Positions 25,544 to 37,739 of a stretch of DNA of 64,000 bases are shown in pieces. Position numbers and translations under genes: made by a program. The DNA lies in the NCBI GenBank assembly GCA_045837725.1, contig JBEWZL010000263.1, positions 1 to 64,000 of the forward strand. Direction: 5' to 3'. The notes below the pieces were generated by a model that did no database searches, was not told where the DNA came from, and saw only the letters and a list, made by a program, of their open reading frames with translations. This DNA is from Vermamoeba vermiformis. Its lineage: Eukaryota. Position 1 is the stretch's first letter. The number at the start of each line of letters is the position of its first letter.

Positions 25544-27186
25544 TTAGGCAAAAAATCCTAATTTATTGACGCCAAGAATACCCATTTTTCGTTCTTTATG
25601 CAATACTTCGTCCATCTTCTGCAACACAGACGTGCCTACGAAATGTGCGGCCTAAAAAAGGTAAGTAAATATTAACCTTTAATCGAGTATACTATATATG
25701 TTATATATATGATGTTTACCTTTAATATTTCAATAAATGAAGACGAATCAATAGCTCCATTGCCCATTTGAATGGCGCAGGAATTGCCCTGCAATATTAA
25801 TTTAGTTCTTTGTAATAATACTAGAATATAAATGACATTATTTATGAGCTTACCTTCTTATTAATACCGACTATTAATCGACATCCTGGGCAGAACTCTT
25901 CTTCCAGTGTCGCATCCACAATATGTTTGTGGCCAACCTGAAGTCAAAATTAGCTTTAAAGAGTTTTGAATGATTACAAGTATTAAGATATACCTTGGTA
26001 AGAGTAACAGTAATAGGGATCTCTTCAACATCAAGTTCTATGCAGTCTTCTGGATCGTCGCTCACTTCCAACTCCACTTGGCCAGTACGAATGTTCTCTT
26101 TGACTTTAACGCTTGGAATTCTTATAATGAATGTTAGTACCATATTAAATTAGTATAATTAATATTAACGCTTACTTTGTGTTGTAGAGTGCAGCGCGAG
26201 CAGCTAACGCGATCGCATCCACCAAGTTACCACCAGAGTCCAAAACCTTTGAAAATTGTTAGCGTACAATGACATACTACAACATTTATAATAGACTTAC
26301 GAGAGCATCGACGTAGATAATCCAGACTTGTTTGCCAGGGACTAAGCACAACTTGTCTGACTTGAAAGCAGCTGAAGACTGCAACAGTCGTTCAACAATG
26401 TTGCTCAGTTCTAAATTAAGCTCTTCACCACCACGACCTTCGAATTCGGGTGAGGCACTCGGCGCACTAATAAAATAACCGATCAGATCTTCCAGTACAC
26501 GAGCATTAATTACTGTAAGGCCTTTAGGCAGCAATCGCAACACATCGAGTAGCCATCATATAGCTACTTATACATATGACTAAACATAGAATCAACTATT
26601 ACCATTCTACTGAGACGTGCACGCGTCCTTGGTTAGGGAATTGAGGATCAGGGTCACCTAATTCGGCTTTAACACCGACTAAAACATCTGTAGTATCCAA
26701 AATCAATCTAGTTCAATCATTTGTTAGATTCGATCGCAATCGTCTTTTTAGATCGGCATGAGATCTTTACCTGCAAGATCCGTTTGTCTGTGCTAATGAG
26801 CCTGTTTCAAAACTGAATGGCCTAAAGTCCAAACATCCTCGACCATCAGCACGAATATCTTGCGCGATACCGTCAACGATATATCTGTAAACAGACCGTT
26901 ACTACGCGATCCGATCGCAAAAATAAAGTTGGCTAAGCGAGCACCAAAAATCGTACAAAATTATTATAATTATGACCTATGATAATACAAAAATTGTACA
27001 ATAAACTGGCGCATTAATTCGTATTGTTAAGCAAATAATAATTAAAATATAATTGCAAGCTTGCTGTTTAAGTCAGCATTTCTAAGCCCATTATATTAAT
27101 ATAATTAATCGATAGTTGTGGTATTATTTAAATTTTTAAGCTTACTTGATTTCTGAGGAAGATAATTTGACGATCTTAGTTGACAT
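25544..27186 (-). CDS. EXOSC7: Exosome complex RNase PH subunit RRP42
   Basis: DIRADGRGCLDFRPF; ASPEFEGRGGEELNLELS; LCLVPGKQVWIIYVDAL; VSDDPED; C-terminus KLGFFA. Confidence 0.92.
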
Positions 27187-27354
27187 CTGTTACTCGCTGA
27201 ATACTATGTACAATACTGTTATTATAATACACTAACAAGCTATAGTGCTTGTTTTATCGTCAAGAGCTAACAAAAAATGGCTCTGTAAAAGTGAACAAGC
27301 TTTTTTTTGTCGATCCAGCACTAGCACAGAATTGTTAAGTCCTTTATTGAATCC

Positions 27355-28877
27355 CTAGCTTAATAAGAAGCTAGTATTACTATAATCATCCAGTAATGGA
27401 TTAAAGCCCGACTTGGTCGTCAAGGAGTTGACCTTCAAACCGTAGTTGGTCATAAAATCATAGTTGGTTACGATGCTGCACGGTGCTTGCAGAATATTTT
27501 GAAATAAATTTGATAAATCTTGGAAATTAGTCGGAAAATAAATGTCGCAGCCGTACTTTGGCGAGCTCTTCAAGCTGTAGTACTCGATCGACCTGCCGTT
27601 ATGTGTCCTATGTATAACGGGCTTATTCTTGTGTTTCTGCGGCTCATCTTCGGTGTTTGGAAAGTGTTCGAAGTCTACCAAGAGCAGATGTGGTCGCGCG
27701 AATCGTTCTTTGATCATTTTCAGCAGTTGTATCGATCCAGAGGGCACCCAAACCGATTTGTATTGCTTATTGTCGCATATAGATAAATATTCTTTGATAA
27801 TTGGGTCCGTTACTTCTTCATCAATCATTTCTATCGTTGCATCGTAGCGCAGATCCCGCTGGTTAATAAGCCGAGGTGATTCAATGTCGCGCACCATGAC
27901 TTGTCTAAATACACCTCCCTTCTTAATGACATAATCATGTGGCAAATTGTCTAGCAGCTACAATAGTAGGACACATTAGCAAGCATCTTTAAAACGCCGA
28001 TCTATCAGTGTAATTACCTCCAAACCGATTACAAAACATTCATCTTGTATTTGCTTGTTCCATATCAATCCGTCGATATTATGCACGTTAATTTTGCCGT
28101 CAAATTTGCCTTCAAATCGTTGTTGAAGCATAGCTGCGAATTTAGGACTGATTTCAACGCAGTTGTATGAGGTCCGCTCGTAGAGCTGAGGTTGATATTT
28201 CTTCAAATAGGACATTATATGATATGCGCTTCCTCCACGACCAGGTCCGAATTCGTAGATTACCAGTGGTTGAGTACTAAGTTTCAGGTTAGTTTTTGAG
28301 ATCCTCAAATTTTTGTAAGGCTTACTTTGATTTGCTTGATATTTGCATAAACTTCTTAGCGATGTAATTGGCTATGGAGTGTACATAAAGACTGCCAAAG
28401 AACTCGCTTGGTGTTCGCCAGCCAGATCCACTGTTTTGTTCTCTGCAATGAAAAATGTTAAAAATCGGAAGAGGTGTAAAAATTAATAAAAGTAACTTAT
28501 GACCGACGCAAATGACATTGATTTAATTTTCAGGTGTCATGTAACAAATCAAATTGAAAATTTTATCAGATCTGTGTTGTGCCATACCTAAACCATTTGC
28601 TCACTTCTTTAATATACTCTTCTTTATCTTGTAAATATGGCACAATGGAGAAATCGAATTTTTTGTCGGCTCTATTGTTAATAATATCTGCTCTTTGCAT
28701 AAAATATCCTTTTTCGAGATTATACAGCGAATCTTGAATCCATTCACGCATTAATTGATAATCTTTCTTTGGTGCACTATTATTTGCCGCAGTACTACAA
28801 TTTCTTGCAATTTGTTTTGGAGATCGAGTAAGTTGACGACGGAGGAACGCTACTGAGACTAGTCCTCGTGCAAACAT
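27355..28877 (-). CDS. MidA/NDUFAF7-family mitochondrial SAM-dependent methyltransferase
   Basis: Mitochondrial presequence; MREWIQDSLYNLEKGYF; WRTPSEFF; IYEFGPGRG; YNCVEISP; LLDNLPHD; CDIYFPTNF. Confidence 0.85.
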
Positions 28878-29102
28878 TGTGGTGCATGCAAGTTAATAAT
28901 AAATATGTTATATATGAACTGTACGTAGGTAATTATGTTGAAAATGATTGACAGGGATATTTTCGTGTTTTTGGTTCAAAGAAAGGGTTGTGACGTCGGC
29001 CAAATTTAATTTTGCATACTAAGGCCTAACAGCCACCACAAGGATCAGGTATAATTGTACATAGTATAATTGTAAATTTAGAAATACCTGCATCTGTGGA
29101 AA

Positions 29103-32100
29103 ATGAACACCAAGCTGGAGTTGACGATCAAAAATACAGAGCAGCGATGTAAATTAACTGATTTAGATATCAATGTAAATATCACTGGATTTTTAAGCAA
29201 GACGTCGGTTACAATGACGTTCTTGAACGAAACTGACTTGGATTCTGAAGGAGAGGTAACCTTAACATAATTGAACAATATTTTTAGCGAGTATTAACGT
29301 GTTATCATTAACAAACCAGCTCGTTTTTCCAATGCCAGAAGGTAAAATGAATATTCTAATTTTCAAATAATTTTAGTCTTGACTTACCTCGTCGAATCTA
29401 CGTAGGCGCTGCTATAAGCGGTTATGCCGTCGATATTAACGGAGAACTCGTTGATGGTGTCGTAGTCGAGGTACTTAGCAAGCTCATATTTGTTATTCTG
29501 CGTTCTGAACATTTTCCGTTGATAGAAAGAGAAAGCTCGGATCACGTTCGAAGCTGAAGCAAGAAGTGTTGAAAAACCATCTGCTTCAATTGTAGAGCAT
29601 GTAGTAGGCAACGTTTTTCGTACAAGAAGTAAGTTTTGATGCTTAAATACAGCAGATCTGATCGGTCTTTTCAGTTACTCCATTACCTAAAAAGGCAACG
29701 AGAATCATTCGGGTATCATACGTTGAAGAACTTACTCCGATCTCGAAATCTCAGCAAATCAAATCAGCAAACAAGAATCAAAGAGATGTGCAGTGGAAAC
29801 TGTCGCTCGAGAACATCGGACCTTTGAGCACACTTGCAATGAATGCGATCATCGCTGGCGGCGGGGCACCACGTGTTCGATTTGACGGTAATACTGTTGG
29901 CTCCATTAAACCACTGCCAGATGTTATTGGGCCTGTGGCATGGCGTTTTAAGTCCGAGAACTGCACCATCAAACAGTACGTGACGAATTATTTTTTGGCT
30001 CACAAGCGCATTATTAACACCACTGGACTTAGGGGCTTTGAAATAGACGTGCCTGGTGTAGCTTCACAGATAGTCGAAGTTGATGAAGACAAACAACAGT
30101 ACTTTGTGCTGAACGATGACTTCTCGTCAGGTACGCGTAGTTAGTAAGTGTCAATTGAGCTAACTCATGTTCAGAATTCAACTTCAACGAGTCTGTGATG
30201 CAAGCTGATCGTGTCGCACTCTTGTGGGACGCATCAAAGTCACGTGAAGTCCGCAACGAAAAAGACGTTCAATTGATCAAGACTTACGTGCAGAAGGTAA
30301 GAATGCGATTGTAACTGCTAGTAACATATCAACTAATATTACGATAGCTGTCGAACATCGTCATTGACTTGATCGTCTTCCGCGACACTTCTGAAGAGCT
30401 CGTGACATTCAAACTTGTCAACGGCAATGCTGCGCCATTAATCGAATATCTTAACAAGGTACGCACTAATAGTGACATCTAACCAAGGTATTCTAATAGT
30501 GTATGATAGATACCATACATTGGAGGCAGTAACTTGGGTCAATTGTCCATCACCAAGACAGTGCCCGTGCAAATCAAGGACGGTGAAGAGATTGTCATTA
30601 GAGACACGTACAACTATTACTTGATGTTCACTGACGGCTTGCACAACTTGTCTTTGAACTCCACGCCTGAGAAGCTTGAAGCCCCTGTGTACATTTTTTC
30701 TTCTTCGACACTCTCTGACGGCACCCTGTTGAAAGTGTGGGGTAAGTCACATTTGTATTATAAATCCTTGATATATACTTAATATATTCTCGCAGCACGT
30801 AAGAGCGGTGGTGAATACTTCGATCTGAACTCGACCTCGTCAAGCACGTCAGAGATTGTTTCCAAATTAGGCAATACCAAGTTCCAGTACTTGTTTGCCG
30901 AGATTGACGGTGCCGTTGTGAGCGAAATTTACCCGTCGTTGCCGAGTCCTATTCAAGGCAAACAGTTCACCATTGCTGGCAAGATCAACGGTCAAAATCC
31001 CGCGACAATTGCTTTGGTAAGAAAAATTGATAGTTTTAAGCCTTATTAACATCGTGCTCGTATAGAATTATGGTTACGGAACACTTGTCACTCGGCGAAT
31101 GAAGTTCCAAATCAATCCTGCTAGTGCGCTGAAAAACAACTTGGCTGCAAGGTACTGGGCTCAAAAGAAGATTGACGAGCTTCAATTGTTCCCTGAAGTC
31201 GCTGAAAATGAGGCCAAGATATTGAGCGTAAGACTAACTCATTGAGCCAAAATCAACTTTGACACGCTCTAACAGCCCTATTTTTAGATCGGTCAACAAT
31301 ACAACATTGTCACGCCAAATTCATCCTTGATTGTGCTTGAAAGCCTCGATCAATATGTCAAGTGTAAGTATAACTAAGAGTGTCTTAATAGCGTGTTAAT
31401 AATGAATTTTGGGCAGATGAAATTGAGCCGCCAAAGAGTTTGCCCGAAGTGCGCAAGAATTACTTGGAAATTATGAAGAACCGCAAGCAACAACAATTAG
31501 AGCGCGACAACGAGAAGATATTGTCAGTCGTGAGCTTTTGGCAACGCAGAGTGGCGTGGTGGAACGAAGACGTGACGTCACCTGAACACAGCGAGCCTCA
31601 GATCCAACATCACTTTCAGTTTGGATTTTTCAAACCTGACGTGCTTCAAGTGGCCCCTAAAGATGTGATTGATCTCAAACAAGCTGATTTGAACGACGCA
31701 CTGCGGCAAAAGATCGTTGAAGATGAGGAAGAAGAGAACAGAAAAGCAATTGAAAAGCAACAACAAATTGAAATGCCTCATCTTGAAGAAGTTGTGCAAG
31801 AACAAGAGATGATTGCCGCGAGAGATAACGAGATCAGATTGATCGAGCAGGACGTGAAAGAACTCAACGAGATGTTCAGGGACATTAACCAACTCGTGCT
31901 CGAACAGGGCTCATTGATCGACCAAATTGAATCCAACATAGATAACTCCGCTATTGACTTGGGCTACGATAAATTTGCAGCCCCACCACCGCCAGAAGAA
32001 GCAACATGGGGCTTTGATGAGGACCTTGATATCCCGCACTCGCACGAAGAGTTCGCTTATGCAGATCCATTCGCGGACTTGACGACTGCTGCCGCTGCTG

Positions 32101-35100
32101 CACCGCCACCAATGAGTCCAACCGGCAAACGCGAGTACGCGAAAGATGAAGAAAAGCCGAGATCTGAAGACGAAAACGCTGGTGCCTTTGGTCTATTCAG
32201 CGATGAAGATGACAGCGGTGGTGCGCTGTTTGGGGAGCCTGTTCCCGCGAGCTATAGTGATGCACCGTCCAATCCGTTCTTCGATAGACCCACCCCTTCA
32301 CTGTTATCCTCCTCGTCATTTCTAGATTTCAATGCGCCTGCCGCCGAGATCGCTGCAGCTCCTGTTGTTCGACAATCATACGCAGCCCAAGATGCTTCGT
32401 ACATTGACAATTCTTTCACAGGTAAGTACTCTAATGATGATATTAATACGGCATTGGACCATTGTTAAATTCTTACATATAGCGTCATATGATGCCTTTG
32501 ACGGTGATTCAGAGAAAATGGACGACGGAGCTTCGTTCGAGGGATTTACTTATCAGCCCCCCGAACCCAAACCAGCCCCCAAGCCAGAACCTGTTTTTGA
32601 ACGCACAATCAGCAAGAACGAAATGAAGAAAAAAGCGAAAAATCTCGCGACTGGGTAAGATAATAACGTTGTTATTAAGGCATAAGATTTTTAATCCTGC
32701 AGACAAAGGAAAAAAGAGAAAATGGAAGAGGAAAAAACGAGCACAAAGGCGGTACGCAAGCCTATCCAATCGTTCGCTGCAAAAGAAGTCGAACCAGCCA
32801 AGCCCGCGAGACACAGCTCGAAGAGGCAAGTCCTGATTGGTACTGCTATTGTGGTTCTAATATTTCACTCTCAGGGACCTCAGCACCACCGAGACTAAGT
32901 CAACCACAGTGCTGGGCAAAGGTAAAGATGCCGCTAAGAAACCTGCTGGGGCCGCTATTCCTTCTCAAGCACCCCCACTGCCGTCACAGACCACTACTCC
33001 AATAACGAATCAACCTACTCCAATGGGTCAACCTAGCTTCTACGGGGGTCAGCCACCTCCACCACCTGCTGCAAAACCTTACCCCGCTGCTGCACCCTCT
33101 GCTTACCCCGCTGCACCCGGCGGAAGTGTCCTGCCTCAGTCAGCGCCAATGCCAATCGTGCCTGACTCCGGTCAAGAACGATTCAGAACTATTTCTTCAC
33201 GCTCTCGTGGTAGTATAGCACTACAAAATGCTCAGCTGATTGCAGAGGAGTCTGATTCTATTGGCCGTGGTACTTTGGACCAGTTGCGGTCACAGAAGGA
33301 CACGTTGAACAATATGAAATACAACATTCGAGCTGCGGATGAAGATGTCCGTCAAGGCGTCACGGAGTTGAAACAAGCTGAACAGCAGCAAAAGAGCTCG
33401 TGGTTCGGTGCCCTAAAGAACATTAAATTGGGCGCTGACGTTGGTGGTTTTCTTGGAGGCAAACGGAAAAGTAAAGATATGCCTGCAATGACTCTCCCGA
33501 CAATAGGATTCAATAGTGAGCCTGTTTCGGCGAACAGAAGGCGCAATACAAGACAAGTCCAACTTGAAAGACAAATTGATGACGTCAAAGAAGTCATGGC
33601 CAAGAACATCGATCGAGTGCTCGATCGTGGAGAGAAAATAGAGAGCCTAATTTATAAATCAGAAGCACTATCCGGTGAATCTCAGATGTTCTACAAAAAA
33701 GCTTCTCAACTCAAAAGATCTTACCGATTCAAAAAATATGGTGGAGGTAATTGCAAATACTATCGTAACCATCTACCACACGATTAACACCGTCATTGCC
33801 ATAGGCTGCTTGATTTTGATCTTTTTACCGTTCATTCTGCTAGTCAAGTTTGTCATTTGGGCGGTGACACGTGTCAAGAAGGTCATGAACAACAGTTGGC
33901 CAGAGTACGAACAGTTATCTGACACACCCACCGTTATCACGAAGTACCTGCCACTCACTCATAACGCTGTTACTGAACCGGTCTATTTCACGCCAACCTT
34001 GCCCTCGGTGCCAAGCGAATTACCCTCAGACGAGTACTTTAGCACTTTGTTGAAGGCTCAAGATGAGGTCCAAACTCAACTGAACACCGCTGCGGCACCT
34101 GAGCCTGAGACTGACACTACTGTGAACAAGACCGAGAAGGGTTAGTAGTTATTAGATAAGCCCAATATAGTCGCTAACAAGGCCTTCTAGTCGACCCCAA
34201 GATGGCGTGGGTTAATTGGCACGCACGACAAGCGCAGACTTGGAAAGAGTTTGAACAGAAACACTTCACGACAGGCCTGTGCTTCATGCAGAAATGGAAT
34301 GAAGTCCGCGTTGGCCAATTGCAGCGCGTGTTAGGTACGTCAAGTATTCATGCTCAGGCCTAATCAGGGACCAATTTCTCGCATTGACGTTAATTACAAA
34401 TTCATTGTAGAACGAGAATTGAAACGAGTGGATGAAGAGTTTAACAGCACTAAGACCGATTTGGCGTTCTATAAGGGCGATGAGCGCAAGACTGCGTCAA
34501 TGGAAGTGCGACAAGTAAGGCTTAGCAATGTGAAATTCGAAATTTGAAATTCGGTCCAGATCAGACCTTGTTTTAACTTTTTTTCTCAGAAGTGGAAATC
34601 GAGAGAATTTTATATGTCGGCTATTGAAACTCTGGATAACACCTCCGAAGACAACCAGATCCACGCTCAGATCTTGGCCATTCAAAAGCGTGAACACGTT
34701 CATGAAAAGCTTTCATCGTTTTACATCGACGCCGCGCAATTTTTGTTCGGTCGCGGCAGGATTCACGAAGGCGCTACTATTTTGTCGACCTTAGCTGAGA
34801 TTGACTTTGAAAATCCTCAACTACTCAGGTAATTTACTTCACGAAATTAGAATTTCAGATACCGATGCTAATATCCTTTTTAGGGCCATGGCAATGAACA
34901 CGGATCACATCCCGCAGTTGGATCACATGACGGAAGCTCTCTACCGCCAGATATTGAAGCTCAGACCCGATGAACCGCAATCATACACTGATTTGGCCGC
35001 GGTATTGGCACGACGCATTTTCCGCACCATAAAAGGAAATACTGCTACTTCAACACGTGATTCCAAACTGCTTGCCACAGCTAACGAGGCAATGGAACTC

Positions 35101-35734
35101 TACAAGCAGGTCATCGTCAAGAAATGGGACGTGCGTTGGTGTCAAGTCGAGTTGACGGCCTTGTCTGAAATGAGCCGACTCGCTCACTTTGTGCAGTGGA
35201 TGGGACTCGATCAGTCATCGATGGTAAGCCTACAAAGACTATATTACTATCATAATAGTACTTACGATGCCGGCATTTAGGTGAATATTGACCGTCGCTT
35301 GGTTCAGTCCATTATGGATTTGGACTTGCACGTGATGATTCGCTGGGATACTGATCTGACCGACGCAGAAATAGTCGTCACGTAAGTCGATAGTCACCAT
35401 TTTTATACATAGGACTAATATGTTTCGCAGTGAGCCATCAGGTGAAGTGTGCAATAGCTTCCATAACAAGACAAAGACTGGAATGCTCTCGCGAAATTTC
35501 ACGTGCGGCTATGGACCGCAAGAGTATTGCGTCAGAACAGCGCAGCCAGGACGCTACAGAATTGAAGTACGCTTGTTCGGAGCCCCGCCCGCCGCTCCGC
35601 CAACCACTGTGACGGTCCGTGTTACGACTGACTGGGGCAGACCGGTGACGCAAGTGGAAGAGTACCACGTTATTCGATTGAATAAGGTCAAAGAGGCCGT
35701 GCATGTGATGGACGTGAACTTTAAAGAGTTGTAA
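29103..35734 (+). CDS. VIT-vWA-[Qa, Qb-like and R SNARE motifs + hydrophobic helix]-TPR-DUF2135 multidomain protein (about 23 exons)
   Basis: VIT: [41 protein letters not shown]. vWA: LLWDASKS, MFTDGL, ARKSGG, followed by YWAQKKI and [12 protein letters not shown]. SNARE motifs at about 31800-31960, 33200-33400 and 33545-33745. TPR-like/DUF2135 C-terminus: LRPDEPQSYTDL, IRWDTDLTD, EPSGE, FTCGYGPQEY. The exon junctions from 31363 to 34590 were checked for phase. Confidence 0.88.
32826..32874 (+). other. GC-AG intron
   Basis: AG|GCAAGT donor, CTAAT branch point and TCTCAG acceptor. Phase-2 splicing joins ...HSSK-R-DLSTT... in frame. Confidence 0.75.
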
Positions 35735-36473
35735 AATAGAGTACATATAAATCGCGTAGAACCCTTGCGGCTAAACTCATGGATTCTGAGAGTAACGATG
35801 GATTGCAATCGCGGAAAACGATCGCGAGCATTTTTACGTCTTTAATATCGCCAGATTTACCATCGCGACTTTCAATTTATATTAGCCGATCCGTTGTATT
35901 TTTGAATGAAATTCGCTTTCTTTATTTTTGCCTGTACGCTATGAAAATTCGAACTGGAGAATCATTGGAGCACGTTGATATCAACTAATTTTTATTTGCT
36001 ATGATTGAAGAAGTTTACTATTTTATAAGGATTCGTAATTTGACCTAAAATAAGCTTCGTGCTGATCCAATTTCAGATCTAAAAAGCGAACATTATTTGA
36101 ATTCAAAAAATCTTCATCTAATATATTTCAATAATAGTTCTACTTGAATAGGACATTCTCCAATTATGGGCAAAGATTTGGGCCGCATCTGTCTGAAATA
36201 GGGTCGCCGTTTCGACTTGAGAGCTGCATTTAGCATGTGCTCCTTTTTTTGGTCGAAAGGCGTAGAAAAGATTCATGAAATTTACCGTAGCTTTTTGGCA
36301 CAGATTTCTTAATTTGTAAAACCTTTGATTGGCTTAAAAGCAAAAACTTTTCAACATGACTCTTTCAATTTCAGTTTCCGACGGATAACAACTGCTCTCG
36401 GGTGTAAATTTTGTAAATATAACCATTACTCCTTGTACATAAGCAATCTCCGACGCGGATCTGATTCGAAACA

Positions 36474-36920
36474 ATGTCAATAATTCTCGACTTCAACGGA
36501 GTGCAACAGATCGCCCAGGCGAAGGCTTTCAAATTAAGCCAAGAAGATAAATCAAGTACAGAAGTCAATTTTCATCAAGCCGCAAGCTACTGCTTCGATC
36601 TGACTCTGTTTCAAGTAAACAACAATTGGACCTCTGCGGCTAAAATATTGGCAGCCAATAGAACGCGCAATGTCATCGTATTCCCTCTCATTAAGCACAG
36701 TAACGTTGTCGGAATCAAATACGCTGCAGTGGACGGCGATCAAAGGATAGAAATTACCATCTCGGCCAAATCCAAGCGTACTTTGAGCCGCCGACGACTT
36801 TCTAGAAGCCGGTCATCATCGAGCGAGATGATATTGCCCATATTACCCACTTGTACGATATCCTATTCCGCCCAAGTCAACATTTTGCAACGGATCGAGG
36901 ACTTGGTCGTCATTGTGTAA
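36474..36920 (+). CDS. Hypothetical single-exon protein (148 aa)
   Basis: ATG-initiated ORF flanked by AT-rich DNA, with beta-strand-like segments and an RS-rich stretch. No recognisable family. Confidence 0.45.
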   Translation: MSIILDFNGVQQIAQAKAFKLSQEDKSSTEVNFHQAASYCFDLTLFQVNNNWTSAAKILAANRTRNVIVFPLIKHSNVVGIKYAAVDGDQRIEITISAKSKRTLSRRRLSRSRSSSSEMILPILPTCTISYSAQVNILQRIEDLVVIV

Positions 36921-37739
36921 AAACAACCGTACATAATGTTTGTATAGTGTAGATACTGTAAATTTGTAGTATATGTTAACCTAAAATGTAAAATAAAACG
37001 AAATTCTGCCAGCAAACAAGCCTTATAATTGCGATACTCGTCTATTTTAGCCGTCAGATCACGCTACTTTGTCCCGAATTAATATCATAAAAGTGGAATT
37101 TCTCGTTTAGGAGATACAATAATCTCGTCTATTGTTAGAACACAAGATTGCGGAGATTTGTTGCTCATTTTTCGAGCAGACTTCGAAGGTTTTGTTAGTG
37201 ATTGACAGCGTCAAAAGTGTCATGACTTCAATCCTAGACGAATTGAAAGTGTATATATACTTGTCATATTTGACAGTGCCCTTAAAGTCGGCAATAAGAT
37301 ATCCAATTGAATGCGTCTACTCAAACTTTCAATCGCGTACATTCTTTTCATTTGAATTGCAACGACGAATGGCCCTAGAGAACCGAACGAAATCTAACGC
37401 CGATAATACCATTAAATGTACTCGAGATGCGCTATTAATGCGCAATATACCCCGCACTATATTTTTAACCACACGTGTCGCTAAAGTTAGCAACTGAATG
37501 CAGGGCATACAACTCATCAAGTGCTCGGCTGCAAGGTATACACTGTGTTATACTTCAGCAACACAGATATGGGCTACTCCGCAGGCTTAATAAGTCACTA
37601 TTATCACAACACACAATTCACTCAATGCAAAGTCAAATTTGACGCGAGATCCGCGCGACTCACATAGATCGGCAATTCAAGTCTAATTAATAGCGCAGTG
37701 TTATTAATAGGACGTACCTTTTATTTAACAGTATAGGAC

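Noticed and set aside
31440-34145. Separate syntaxin, Vti1 and VAMP genes nested in the region
   Set aside because: There are no own ATG/promoter gaps and no Habc or longin domains. The ORF-track starts are TTG/GTG inside exons, and every junction splices in phase with the flanking VIT-vWA and DUF2135 exons.
34020-34500. A fourth (Qc) SNARE motif completing the bundle
   Set aside because: Helical segments (KAQDEVQTQL, LERELKRVDEEF) lack a convincing heptad pattern and zero-layer context. An HMM scan would be needed to exclude it.
37132-37497. 121-aa ORF
   Set aside because: TTG start, no family resemblance or coding-like composition; probably intergenic.
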